Below the pieces are notes generated by a model. That model searched no databases and was not told the origin of the DNA. It saw only the letters and a list, made by a program, of their open reading frames with translations. From positions 1-64,000 of IMG/VR virus record IMGVR_UViG_2852743531_000003: 64,000 nt of DNA, one strand, 5' to 3'. Shown here piece by piece: positions 38,112 to 47,185 of the stretch. The stretch comes from a virus (taxonomy: Duplodnaviria; Caudoviricetes). The translations under genes and the position numbers were made by a program. Within the stretch, counting starts at the first letter, position 1. Each line of letters begins with the position of its first letter.

Positions 38112-38798
38112 TTAGTCCTGCCGGAACTGCGCATCACTCAGACGCTCGGCCTTGACGTAGTGAACGTGCCAGTACGGATCGTCCAGTCTTTCAACGCGCA
38201 CATGACCGCCGGACGACGGCGCGTGAACGAACTTTCCGTGGCCGAGGTATAGACCCACGTGGGAAATCCCCCGTCCGTAGGTATGAAAGAAGACGAGATC
38301 ACCCAGCTTCAGGTTACTGCGCCCGACCTGCTGTCCCGCTGTCGCCTGGCTCGCCGCCGTACGGCCAAGCTGCAGCCCGGCCGCATGGCGCATCACGTAC
38401 TGCACAAAGCCGCTGCAATCGAATCCGCTCAATGGAGAACTTCCGCCATACCGATACCGCACACCGACGAGGCTCATAGCTTTTTCCTGCACCCGCTCGA
38501 GCGCCGTGGTGGACTCATCGGCCACCTCAGTCTGCGGCTCGGCGGTTGCCACTGGACTTGACCCCATGTCCTGTACAACGAGAGGCGTCGAATCCTCGTC
38601 GGGGGAGTGGACAAAACCCCGCTTTGGCTGCGGGTGCGCGTCGAGCGCAACGCGCCGGTGTCCCGGCTCACGATGCAGGTTGTGCGGGCGGTGATGCGCC
38701 CAGGCAGGTGCGGCCGTCGTGGCTGCTGCCGTGACAACAATAGCCGCGCCGGCTTTCGAAATAAATTTTGCCGTATTACCTGGAAGAGTCAGCCGCAT
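38112..38798 (-). CDS. Secreted NlpC/P60 (C40) peptidoglycan endopeptidase
   Basis: Signal peptide ending APAWA. YRYGG, FDCSGFV, GDLVFF and HVGLYLG..KFVHA. Confidence 0.92.
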   Translation of the reverse strand: MRLTLPGNTAKFISKAGAAIVVTAAATTAAPAWAHHRPHNLHREPGHRRVALDAHPQPKRGFVHSPDEDSTPLVVQDMGSSPVATAEPQTEVADESTTALERVQEKAMSLVGVRYRYGGSSPLSGFDCSGFVQYVMRHAAGLQLGRTAASQATAGQQVGRSNLKLGDLVFFHTYGRGISHVGLYLGHGKFVHAPSSGGHVRVERLDDPYWHVHYVKAERLSDAQFRQD

Positions 38799-38992
38799 GG
38801 ATGCCGTGGCCCATAGGGCCGGAAATCACGGCTGGTCATCTCGCAGCTCGACCGGAGTGTTAGCCAGTCCGCCAGATTCCAAGGCAAGAGCAATCAGCAC
38901 GTCATGAAAGGAAGCTCGCGAGAATAACAGGCATATTTTTGCGATACCGTGTCATGACCTTATTTAACAAAAATGGTTCGATTACCGGATTG

Positions 38993-39826
38993 CTACCGGC
39001 TCGCCTGCTCCTTGCCAACAAACGCCCGGAGCACGACCTCGGCACTGAAGTCCACAGCCGTCACGAACGTCTGCACCTTGTACCAGACGGCGCTGTACAT
39101 CTCGAGCTGCGAGGCCATCTGGAATGCCCCTTCCGAGAGCTCCGTCACGATCCCGGGTGAGACGCCCTCCAGCTCCTCCCGGACAATCTTCTTTTCGATC
39201 ACGTCGAGCAGGTGCACCGATTCCGCGATCTTCTTCGTGATGATCGAGCGATCGACCCGGTTAATATCCGCTGTGAGCCTGTTGGCGACCTCGAACACGG
39301 TCTTCCAGTCAGCATTGCGCGAGACGACGTCCGCATAGGTGCGCTCCGTCCTCGTCGATCCCGTCTGGTAGCACTGTCCGAGCTTCTGGTTGTCGTCCTC
39401 ACGCTGGCGCTGCAGTTCCCTGTAGTAGGCGGGGTCGTACTCCGCGCTGTACTGGAATTCGTGGCTTGTCACGAGCCTGCCAAGAAAGAGCGTATAGCGC
39501 GAAAGCTCTTCATTGATCTGCGCCGCGTGAGATACGGCATCCGATAGTGCTTCCGCATAGACCAGATACGGTACCTTCAGTCCCTGGGGGACGCGCGCCG
39601 GCAGTGGCGAAAGCGTGACGTAGTTGTGTCCCGCGAGCAGCCCGAGAAACGTCTTCTGGTCTGCGCTCAGGACTACCGGACGATCATCGGGTGAGATGAG
39701 CCCCGCCAGATCCTCAAAGCCCTTCCTGATGGCCGGAAAGGCCCGGCGCAGCAATCCGGCGATATCCTGAAGGGCAAATGCCTCCAGCGCCACCACCTTG
39801 CGCTGGTTCTTGAGCAGGGTCGTCAT
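38993..39826 (-). CDS. Virion (head) protein, phiKZ gp153-like
   Basis: 277 aa, helical, with N-terminal ALE motif. Divergent from uvsX, as in phiKZ-like phages. Confidence 0.55.
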   Translation of the reverse strand: MTTLLKNQRKVVALEAFALQDIAGLLRRAFPAIRKGFEDLAGLISPDDRPVVLSADQKTFLGLLAGHNYVTLSPLPARVPQGLKVPYLVYAEALSDAVSHAAQINEELSRYTLFLGRLVTSHEFQYSAEYDPAYYRELQRQREDDNQKLGQCYQTGSTRTERTYADVVSRNADWKTVFEVANRLTADINRVDRSIITKKIAESVHLLDVIEKKIVREELEGVSPGIVTELSEGAFQMASQLEMYSAVWYKVQTFVTAVDFSAEVVLRAFVGKEQASR

Positions 39827-39935
39827 GGTCTGTGTCCCCTCATGCGGGCGCCCGGCGGGCGGTCATAAAATCTAACTTTCGAAGATCATCATCTGTAAGC
39901 AGTCCAGATCAGTTTGCAATTGACACGGAGGCGAG

Positions 39936-41450
39936 ATGACCCAGGACATTGATCTTCGGTCGAGGATGACGCCTGCGCCCAACGTCAAGCTCATGATCAA
40001 TCTCGGCGCGTGTCTGGACATCCCGACCGGGCACTACATCGAGGGACGACGCGGCGAATCGATCCTCAATGGCGGACTCGGATTTATCACCGGCATCGTT
40101 GGCATCGGCAACAACTTCAAATCGACGATCGAGCGCTTCATGATGCTCACCGCCATGGCGCGCATGATGCATTCCACCGCCAAGACCTATGACACCGAGA
40201 CCAACATTCATGAAGAGCATCAGGTCAAGGTTGCCGCGAATATCGGCGATTTTCATGACGAAAACATTCTGCGCAACGGCCGCTGGATCATTACCGACAA
40301 AACTGTCTATGTGGGCGACGAGTGGTATCGCATTCACAAGGAGGAACTGGAGGAGAAGGGAAAGCGCCGTGACATCGCTGTGAACACGCCGCACTGGAAC
40401 CGCGAGCATTCCGGCCCCTTCCGGATGCTCATCCCGACCTTCACGGAAATTGATTCCTTCAGTGAATTCGAGACCAGCAACATCATCGAGATGCAGGACG
40501 ATATCGAACTCGGCGAGGCGAAGGGCAATACCATCGACATGCAGCAGGGGCGCGTGAAGAACCGCATCCTGATGGAAGTGCCGCGCACCCATACCAGTGT
40601 CTACGACTATCTTCTGATGACGGCCCATATCGGCAAGGTGATCGACCTGGGCGGGCCACCCGGTGCTGGCGTTCAATCCAGCATGCTCAAGTATCTGCGC
40701 AACGGCGACAAGATCAAGGGCGTACCGGCCAAGTTCACATTCCTCACGCACAACTGCTGGCACGCATTCAGTGCCGCGCCCCTGCTGAACCAGGGAACGA
40801 AAGGGCCGGAGTATCCGCGCAACAGCAGCGATGACATGGCGCACGATACCGACCTGAATGCCGTACAGATCCGTAACCTGCGCGGCAAAGCCGGGCCGTC
40901 GGGCATGCCCGTCACCCTCATCGTGTCGCAGGCCGACGGCGTGCTGCCGTCGCTGACCGAGTTTCATCACATCCGGGAAAACGCCCGCTATGGGCTGGAA
41001 GGCAGCAACACCAGCTATGCGCTCGCGCTCTACCCCGACGTGAAGCTGCAACGCACCTCCGTGCGCGCCCGGATCGATGCCGATCCTCTTTTGCGGCGGG
41101 CGCTTGCGATCACTTCGGAGATGTGCCAGATGGGCTATCTCTGGCACTCCCAGCCGGAAAAGTACCGCATTGGTCCGAAAGCGCTGTATGAGAACCTGAA
41201 GTCGCAGGGCTACGACTGGACGGTTTTGCTGACCACACGCGGGTGGTGGACCCATGAACCGGGGGAAGCACGGGAGCTCCCCTACCTCTCGACGATGGAT
41301 CTGCTCCGCATGAGCCTGCCCGTTGGCGATCCCAAACGTTACGTGCCGTACTGGCTCGAGGAGGACAGGAAGACTGTCAGGCCGCGATACCAGGCATGCA
41401 TGGAACAGTACCGCGCACGGGACGCAGAACGCGCAACCGTGCATGCGTGA
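39936..41450 (+). CDS. uvsX: UvsX/RecA-like recombinase (phiKZ gp152-like)
   Basis: NLGACLDIPTG, Walker A GIGNNFKST, YDTE, IDSFSE and MTAH. Confidence 0.8.
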   Translation: MTQDIDLRSRMTPAPNVKLMINLGACLDIPTGHYIEGRRGESILNGGLGFITGIVGIGNNFKSTIERFMMLTAMARMMHSTAKTYDTETNIHEEHQVKVAANIGDFHDENILRNGRWIITDKTVYVGDEWYRIHKEELEEKGKRRDIAVNTPHWNREHSGPFRMLIPTFTEIDSFSEFETSNIIEMQDDIELGEAKGNTIDMQQGRVKNRILMEVPRTHTSVYDYLLMTAHIGKVIDLGGPPGAGVQSSMLKYLRNGDKIKGVPAKFTFLTHNCWHAFSAAPLLNQGTKGPEYPRNSSDDMAHDTDLNAVQIRNLRGKAGPSGMPVTLIVSQADGVLPSLTEFHHIRENARYGLEGSNTSYALALYPDVKLQRTSVRARIDADPLLRRALAITSEMCQMGYLWHSQPEKYRIGPKALYENLKSQGYDWTVLLTTRGWWTHEPGEARELPYLSTMDLLRMSLPVGDPKRYVPYWLEEDRKTVRPRYQACMEQYRARDAERATVHA

Positions 41451-41483
41451 TGGACGTGCCTGGAATGCACGCGCGGTGAAACC

Positions 41484-41491
41484 TATATTAC
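41484..41491 (+). promoter_or_regulatory. phiKZ-type early promoter motif TATATTAC
   Basis: Exact match to the phiKZ early consensus, in an intergenic gap 21 nt before ATG 41513. This AT-rich 8-mer is unlikely in such GC-rich DNA. Confidence 0.55.
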
Positions 41492-41512
41492 TTACTGGAC
41501 AGAGCGCTCATC

Positions 41513-41869
41513 ATGAGTCACCCGATCGACACCTCCGGCGGGCCTGAACCCATGCCGGCTGCGCCAGACAATCTTGCTGCTTTTGTGACCGGCCTGCTGG
41601 CCGAAAACCTTCATCCGGAGCCACAGGCCTGGCTGAGATTTCTCCAGTCAGGGGTCGATACGCTATCTGACCCCCACTATCAGCGCTTCGCCATCAATCG
41701 TGCGTGGCGCGTTATCTTCGCCAAACTGAATCAACGTGAACGTATCGACACCATCGACGTGCGGTACTGCCTGGTAGACAAGGAAGGGAGTATTCAGGAT
41801 TGGAAAAAACTTTTCGAAACGGGCGTGCTGCCGTTCATTCTGGAGCATCAGCTTCCCGGCTCGCTTTGA
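41513..41869 (+). CDS. Hypothetical protein
   Basis: 118 aa. YCLVD.G...DW...F...VLPF pattern. Lies between uvsX and the RNAP subunit. Confidence 0.7.
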   Translation: MSHPIDTSGGPEPMPAAPDNLAAFVTGLLAENLHPEPQAWLRFLQSGVDTLSDPHYQRFAINRAWRVIFAKLNQRERIDTIDVRYCLVDKEGSIQDWKKLFETGVLPFILEHQLPGSL

Positions 41870-41934
41870 GCTCCCGGGTTGCTCCCCGGTTGCCGCCGCC
41901 GGCGCCGTCCCGGCTGACCGCCCTGCCGCCCCTG

Positions 41935-42477
41935 ATGATCGGCCACACTGCGCTCAGCCACACCGCGATTCGCTCGTTCGACGAAGCGGTCGTCGTCGCG
42001 GGTAGCCGTACCTTCAACGACGACCGCGTTTTCGCCGAACTTCTCGAGTCGTGGCTTGACAGGAACGTGCGCCCCGGCGCATCGGTGATCTTCATCTCGG
42101 GCAAGGCTCCCAGCGGTCCTGACGAGATGATCATCCGCTGGTGCCGTGCCCGTGGTCAGGCGTGGACCGAATATCCTGCGGACTGGGAGAACCTGGGCGC
42201 GCCGAACTCCTACATCAAGAAGAGCGCCGTGACGGGCAGACCCTACAACGCGCGCGCAGGCCATCAGCGAAACCGCGAGATGGCCCGCGTGGCCACACGC
42301 GTCGTCTGTTTCTGGGATGGCGTCTCGCCCGGCACCCGCAACATGATCGAGGAGGCCGAAGACCACCAGATCAAACCCTCCATCTTTCTGATCAACCGCG
42401 ATCCGGAGCAATGGAATGAGCACCGCAATGGACAGCCCACCCGGAAAAAGAAAGGAGACAGAGAAGTTCCTTCTTGA
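41935..42477 (+). CDS. SLOG-superfamily (YspA/DUF2493-like) protein
   Basis: VVVAGSRTF, ISGKAPSGPD, YPADW, AGHQRNREM and FWDGVSPGTRNMI. The start is uncertain (TTG 41866 is possible). Confidence 0.85.
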   Translation: MIGHTALSHTAIRSFDEAVVVAGSRTFNDDRVFAELLESWLDRNVRPGASVIFISGKAPSGPDEMIIRWCRARGQAWTEYPADWENLGAPNSYIKKSAVTGRPYNARAGHQRNREMARVATRVVCFWDGVSPGTRNMIEEAEDHQIKPSIFLINRDPEQWNEHRNGQPTRKKKGDREVPS

Positions 42478-43111
42478 GTATATCGGCAAGCTTATTCCCG
42501 GCTCTGACAGCAACGTCAGGATCTACCGGGCGCTCTTTGCCGGCATGGACGATGAGGCATTCCACGCCTTCATGGGCAGGCTCGAGCGCCGTGAAATCCG
42601 GCTTGCCATCGTGGCGCCCAACCTTTCGAAGGAGAAAGTCACCGTCGCCAACAACCTGGCGATCGCCGACGAGCTCGGCCACAATTTTTTCGAACGCATC
42701 TGGATCGACAACGGTAACGATGCCCCGCCCTATCTCTCGCCGGTCCGGTATCTGGTGTGCGATCTCACGCTGTGCCGCCAGGCGCAGCTGCTCGTGAAGA
42801 AGATCTCGATTCCCGAGGATAACCGCAGCGTCGACGATCTCACCGGCCAGCCTTCCGGCAAGTCGGAAGCGAGCAAGATTTCGTTTCCTGAAAACCAGGT
42901 GCTCGCCGCCTTCCATCTGGACAAGACCCTGCACGAGCTGATCACCCTGCGAGGTGGCGACACCCAGGGATTCAACGCCATGAACGAGAGCTTCGCCCGC
43001 ACGGGCGGCGCCTCGCAGAAGGCGATCGAACCGTTCCGCGGTGGCGTGAAGTCGACCCAGGCGCTGCGCGTCATGCTGCTGTCCATGCACCTCGATGCTG
43101 AGGGACTGTAA
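42416..43111 (+). CDS. Virion RNA polymerase beta subunit, C-terminal part (phiKZ gp149-like)
   Basis: RQAQLLVKKISIP, DDLTGQP, SKISFPE and ELITLRGGD mirror the beta C-terminal conserved region. Confidence 0.85.
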   Translation: MSTAMDSPPGKRKETEKFLLEYIGKLIPGSDSNVRIYRALFAGMDDEAFHAFMGRLERREIRLAIVAPNLSKEKVTVANNLAIADELGHNFFERIWIDNGNDAPPYLSPVRYLVCDLTLCRQAQLLVKKISIPEDNRSVDDLTGQPSGKSEASKISFPENQVLAAFHLDKTLHELITLRGGDTQGFNAMNESFARTGGASQKAIEPFRGGVKSTQALRVMLLSMHLDAEGL

Positions 43112-43148
43112 TGGCGCTCACCAGGGGACAGGAGGAGGGAATTGGGCC

Positions 43149-43685
43149 ATGTCTCTCACAAGCGACGAGTGGCGCGACACAGCGCTGATCTTTACGGAAA
43201 GCGTGGAATTTGTGCTGAACAACATCGCGGCAGGCAACGAGGAGCTGCATGAAAAGCTCACGGATTTCCTGATGTCGCTGATCCTCGCCGACAAGCCCTA
43301 TCTGCTCGCGAGCGCGAAGGGACTCGACCGGGCGGTGAATCTCGCCTTTGTGGATCCGCAGGTGTGCGACTTCATCCTCATGATCGTGTTCGTATTTTTT
43401 TCAAGATGGGGTGCATCGTTCAGCCGGTACATGCACCTTGTCGAATCGCTCGCGTTTGCCGTCGCGGGAGACGCCCCATTTTCCCCACCGGGCTCCCAGA
43501 CCACGCAGCGCCAGGTGCTCGTCGCAACACCCTCCGAAATTCACGAATCGCTGCCCGACCCGGCTCTCACCCAGGACCTGTTGCTGCAGAACAAGTGGCT
43601 CAGCGTGCTGCTGCTCATCCATCTTTTCGTTGGGGCGCCTCGCGCAAAGCGTCAGAAGGCCACCCGCAATGAAGTCCAGCCATGA
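43149..43685 (+). CDS. Hypothetical protein
   Basis: ATG 43149 after GGAGG. Helical and hydrophobic. Confidence 0.65.
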   Translation: MSLTSDEWRDTALIFTESVEFVLNNIAAGNEELHEKLTDFLMSLILADKPYLLASAKGLDRAVNLAFVDPQVCDFILMIVFVFFSRWGASFSRYMHLVESLAFAVAGDAPFSPPGSQTTQRQVLVATPSEIHESLPDPALTQDLLLQNKWLSVLLLIHLFVGAPRAKRQKATRNEVQP

Positions 43686-44418
43686 AAACGCGATGAAAGA
43701 TGGAACGAATTTTGCCACTGTCCTGATCTTCCTCGACTGCCTGCTCGATACCCGTCTGGGCACCCTCGCGCGCATGAGCGATACGCTCGCGTGTCGCGCG
43801 CTCTCAGCCAGCTATCACCAGCGCGAAGAAGATGTTTTTGAAGGCGTGGACACTGCGGAATTTCGCCAGATGTACCGGGCACGCGATGTCGAGACGCTCA
43901 AACGTTCGACGATCACCACGCTGACCACCCTGCTGGGTGACTTCTCCCGCACGCTCTCGCGGATCGTGGGCACCCGTCCATGGCTTGATGGGGTGCGCAT
44001 CCTCGTGAACACCTGGCCATACCGGCTCGATGCACCCACGCTCGACGCATTGCAGGGGGTCATTGCACTCTGGAGCGGTGGATCTTCGCCAGTTGAAATG
44101 GTCGACTACGCGCCCGGCCAGCTGACACCGGCGTTCGTGAAAGCGAACTTCGACATTCTCTTCATGTATGAATATGAAGAGTGGCTTCACATGCATGGCG
44201 AGGCCTTCAGCAAGACCTCGCTTGCGGACATCAACGTGATCGTTCCCGCGCTCTATTTCAACCACAGACCCGACGAGAAAACATTTGATGAACTGGTCCG
44301 TGACGGCGCCCATCCGTTTGCCGCCATCACGATGCTGACGTCCGGATTTGTCGGACTGGAACTGATCGACGTGAAGTACTTCAGTATCGCAGAGCCTGCC
44401 GGCATACCGGCGGCATAG
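43669..44418 (+). CDS. Conserved phiKZ-like protein (gp147-like; degenerate HAD-like N-terminus)
   Basis: LDCLLDTRLGT, VNTWPYRL and MYEYEEW motifs. Synteny near the gp149-like gene. Confidence 0.6.
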   Translation: MKSSHENAMKDGTNFATVLIFLDCLLDTRLGTLARMSDTLACRALSASYHQREEDVFEGVDTAEFRQMYRARDVETLKRSTITTLTTLLGDFSRTLSRIVGTRPWLDGVRILVNTWPYRLDAPTLDALQGVIALWSGGSSPVEMVDYAPGQLTPAFVKANFDILFMYEYEEWLHMHGEAFSKTSLADINVIVPALYFNHRPDEKTFDELVRDGAHPFAAITMLTSGFVGLELIDVKYFSIAEPAGIPAA

Positions 44419-44448
44419 TCCGCCTCCGCGGGGTGGCAGGAGGCGGAC
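44418..44448. terminator. Hairpin between convergent genes
   Basis: 10-bp inverted repeat GTCCGCCTCC / GGAGGCGGAC. No U-tract. Confidence 0.45.
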
Positions 44449-44487
44449 GCTGGTCATGCCTGCAGGGCGCCCTTCGGCTCGTCACAT

Positions 44488-44988
44488 TCACCCAGCAGTG
44501 CCCAAGCCGGCCATGAACGAGTCAACATTCATCTGCGCGGCTTCCATGTCCGTTTCCCCTGGCACGAAGACGGGTTCGGGCACATCACACGGCAGCATCG
44601 GAATCGCAGGGCGCAGTTCGCCTGAGTGCTGATCTGACTGCCCGCCCGGCCTCGGCGCAGCCTGCCCGATTCCGGGTGTACCGAGAATCTTTGCGATGAC
44701 GGCAGCAGCGGCAGCCTGGTTGGCCAGCGCAATGTTTTCCGACTTCAGACGCTTCCTGCCAAGCGCGACACGATCCATACCGTCGAGCGCGGCGAGTACA
44801 ACGTCCATCTCGCGCGGGGAGAGCTTGCTGAGGCTCTCCCCGCTGTTTCCCGCCATGGTCACGATGATTGCCTGACGCTGGCGCAATGTGTAATCGAGGA
44901 CTTTATCCTCATCGTCGGGCACCTCGAATACGGGCACGGCATGTTCTGGCCCGTCATCCTGATCCGCCCGCAAAACAGTACTGGACAT
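44488..44988 (-). CDS. Hypothetical protein
   Basis: ATG 44988 after GAGGA. LAALDGMDRVALGRKRLK motif and Pro-rich tail. Confidence 0.7.
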   Translation of the reverse strand: MSSTVLRADQDDGPEHAVPVFEVPDDEDKVLDYTLRQRQAIIVTMAGNSGESLSKLSPREMDVVLAALDGMDRVALGRKRLKSENIALANQAAAAAVIAKILGTPGIGQAAPRPGGQSDQHSGELRPAIPMLPCDVPEPVFVPGETDMEAAQMNVDSFMAGLGTAG

Positions 44989-45068
44989 GGCATTCCTCAC
45001 GAATTCAATCCTGGCGACTATCATAGAAATGAACGATTGCGCTAAAACCCGGGCGTATGAGGTACTCC

Positions 45069-45611
45069 ATGCAATCGTGGCGCTTTCGACTCTCCCACTG
45101 GTTTCGCAGCAAACGCACGGATCGGCTGGTCACCAGATTGATCCGCGAAGAACGGGCGATGTCCAGTCACGAGGCAGGCCGCGCGATGCTCGAAGTGCTA
45201 TGCCAGTGCCTGGACATCGAGAGGTTCCAGCGCTTCGGTCTGTCCGATTCGTTCGGCTTCGATATCCGGCCGTTCTACGCAACGATTGGCCAGTACTGCG
45301 ACGAACTGAAGGCCATCAATGCGAGACTCGCGACAGGCACGCCACTGCCGCCGCAATGGGCGATGCTGGATGGCAACGCCACCACCCTTGACCGGTTCTT
45401 CGAATCAAAGGAGGGCTTCTACATCAATGTCCCGGAGCACCTTGCCCGGTTCAAAAACGAAATCCTGATTTTATGCACGCTGATGCGTGAGAGCGATGGA
45501 GCCGAGACCGGCATTCATCAATACAACCTGCGCATGCTCACTCGGGTATTCGTCAATCTCAGACGGCTCGTCATCGTACTGATCGGAATGAGTCACGAAA
45601 TCGGGCGCTGA
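45069..45611 (+). CDS. Hypothetical protein
   Basis: ATG after GAGG. 180 aa. Confidence 0.7.
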   Translation: MQSWRFRLSHWFRSKRTDRLVTRLIREERAMSSHEAGRAMLEVLCQCLDIERFQRFGLSDSFGFDIRPFYATIGQYCDELKAINARLATGTPLPPQWAMLDGNATTLDRFFESKEGFYINVPEHLARFKNEILILCTLMRESDGAETGIHQYNLRMLTRVFVNLRRLVIVLIGMSHEIGR

Positions 45612-45710
45612 ACGAGACCGCAAGCCGGACAATCTGCGCAGGCGCGCCCGTCGCCCATCACAAGCCGCTTCACACGTTTTCTCACAAGTTTTTCTGCAAG
45701 GAATGCGATC

Positions 45711-46517
45711 ATGGCTTCGCAACAGCTCGGTCACATCCTCAAATCCAGCGACAAGGACGTCCACCGCACCGCCGGTCCCAATGGAATTCTGGCCAATCTT
45801 TACCGCAAGATGCTGGTCGAACTCAACGTTGGTCCAGGGCGTTTCAGCGATTTTCTGCGCGAGTACGTGACCGACCCGCGACACGGCATTGCGCAGACCC
45901 AGAAGGATCTCACCACTGCACGTGGCAACCTGATGAAGGAGCTGTCGCGCTCAGGAATGACGTTCAAGGTCTTCCTCAAAGGCATGCGCTTTCTGCAGGT
46001 CAGGAAGTTCGACTTCTGCGTCAGGTGCCACTACTACACCGGCAGCCCATCGATCCATCAAGCCCTGATCGACTTCGGTAGCAGAAGGGATCATCAGGTG
46101 GTTTCGCCCAACGGCATCCTCGCTGATCTCTTTCGCCAGATGCTGGTCGATCTCGACATCGGCCCCGGGCGGTTCAGCGATCTGCTCGACGACTATGTCA
46201 ACGATCCACGAAACGGCGTTCCCCGGACACCGAAAGACTTCACCACTGCGCGTGGCAATCTGACCAAGGAGCTTTCCCGGGACGGGATGACGTTCAAGGT
46301 CTTCCTCAAGGGCCTGCGTTTTCTGCAGGTCATAAAAGTCGAGTTCTCGGTGAGATGCCACTATTACAGTGGCCGCGTCTCGATTCACGGAACCACCGTC
46401 GAATTCGCAAAACGCCCCGAGCTCCTTGATGAATCTGGCGAGCCCGTTCGTAACGAGGAAGAAACGGCGTCACTGCTGTCCAATGCCGTGCCGCAATCCC
46501 TGATTGCGCTTGCCTGA
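45711..46517 (+). CDS. Protein made of two tandem 110-aa domains
   Basis: PNGILA..GPGRFSD..TTARGNL.KELSR.GMTFKVFLKG.RFLQV..RCHYY occurs twice, 330 nt apart. Confidence 0.85.
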   Translation: MASQQLGHILKSSDKDVHRTAGPNGILANLYRKMLVELNVGPGRFSDFLREYVTDPRHGIAQTQKDLTTARGNLMKELSRSGMTFKVFLKGMRFLQVRKFDFCVRCHYYTGSPSIHQALIDFGSRRDHQVVSPNGILADLFRQMLVDLDIGPGRFSDLLDDYVNDPRNGVPRTPKDFTTARGNLTKELSRDGMTFKVFLKGLRFLQVIKVEFSVRCHYYSGRVSIHGTTVEFAKRPELLDESGEPVRNEEETASLLSNAVPQSLIALA

Positions 46518-46613
46518 GATACGGCGTAAGGCGTCCTGATAGCTACCCGGGGCTGGCGTCACCAGCCAGAAAGGACAGTTCACAAGCGACACAATCCCGT
46601 CAGAGATCGAGTC

Positions 46614-47168
46614 ATGACTACGGCATTCCATGAAACCGCCCTGTCGCCATCCATCACCTTTGCTGGCATGAAACCCGAGGACGATGGCATCACCCATATC
46701 AACATTTCGACAAGCGGACAAACAGCACTCGGAAGAAAGCTTGCCCATTACAGCGTCACCCCGTTCATTCATCCGGTCTATGGACCTTTTCGCTCGATGG
46801 AGGGCTTCTGGTATTACATCAAGTGCGAAAGACCTGATGACGAGTTTCGCAACCTGTGCGGCAGCCGCGCAAAGGCGCACGCGAAAACGAAAAGGATGGT
46901 CTGGAGAGAGCACTTCAGCCAGATCATCAACGAAGCGAACTTTTACCGCATCGTGCAGAACGATGATATTCGCGAGGCCATGATCGCCTCAACGCTGCCG
47001 TTCGGCTATTACTACCTGCATGGGCCACAGCAGCTTCAGATCCACAGCCCGATTTCCGGGTGGCTCTGTGATGGCCTGGAGGAAATCCGCCGCCACCTGA
47101 AGGCGAGCTTTCCCTGGCCGCCGGCGCCCGTCGTGAAGTTCGACGTAACCCAGCATTGGCAGGAGTAA
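46614..47168 (+). CDS. NADAR-like protein (T4 gp30.3-related pattern)
   Basis: DGITHINI...LGRKLAHY...PF....GPFRSMEGFW...G..AK resembles the NADAR LSNF..PF..G.F.S.E core. Confidence 0.5.
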   Translation: MTTAFHETALSPSITFAGMKPEDDGITHINISTSGQTALGRKLAHYSVTPFIHPVYGPFRSMEGFWYYIKCERPDDEFRNLCGSRAKAHAKTKRMVWREHFSQIINEANFYRIVQNDDIREAMIASTLPFGYYYLHGPQQLQIHSPISGWLCDGLEEIRRHLKASFPWPPAPVVKFDVTQHWQE

Positions 47169-47185
47169 CGCAGCAGGAGTCAAAC

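Noticed and set aside
38799-38992. Possible riboswitch ahead of the NlpC/P60 gene
   Set aside because: No consensus of a known riboswitch could be recognised by eye.
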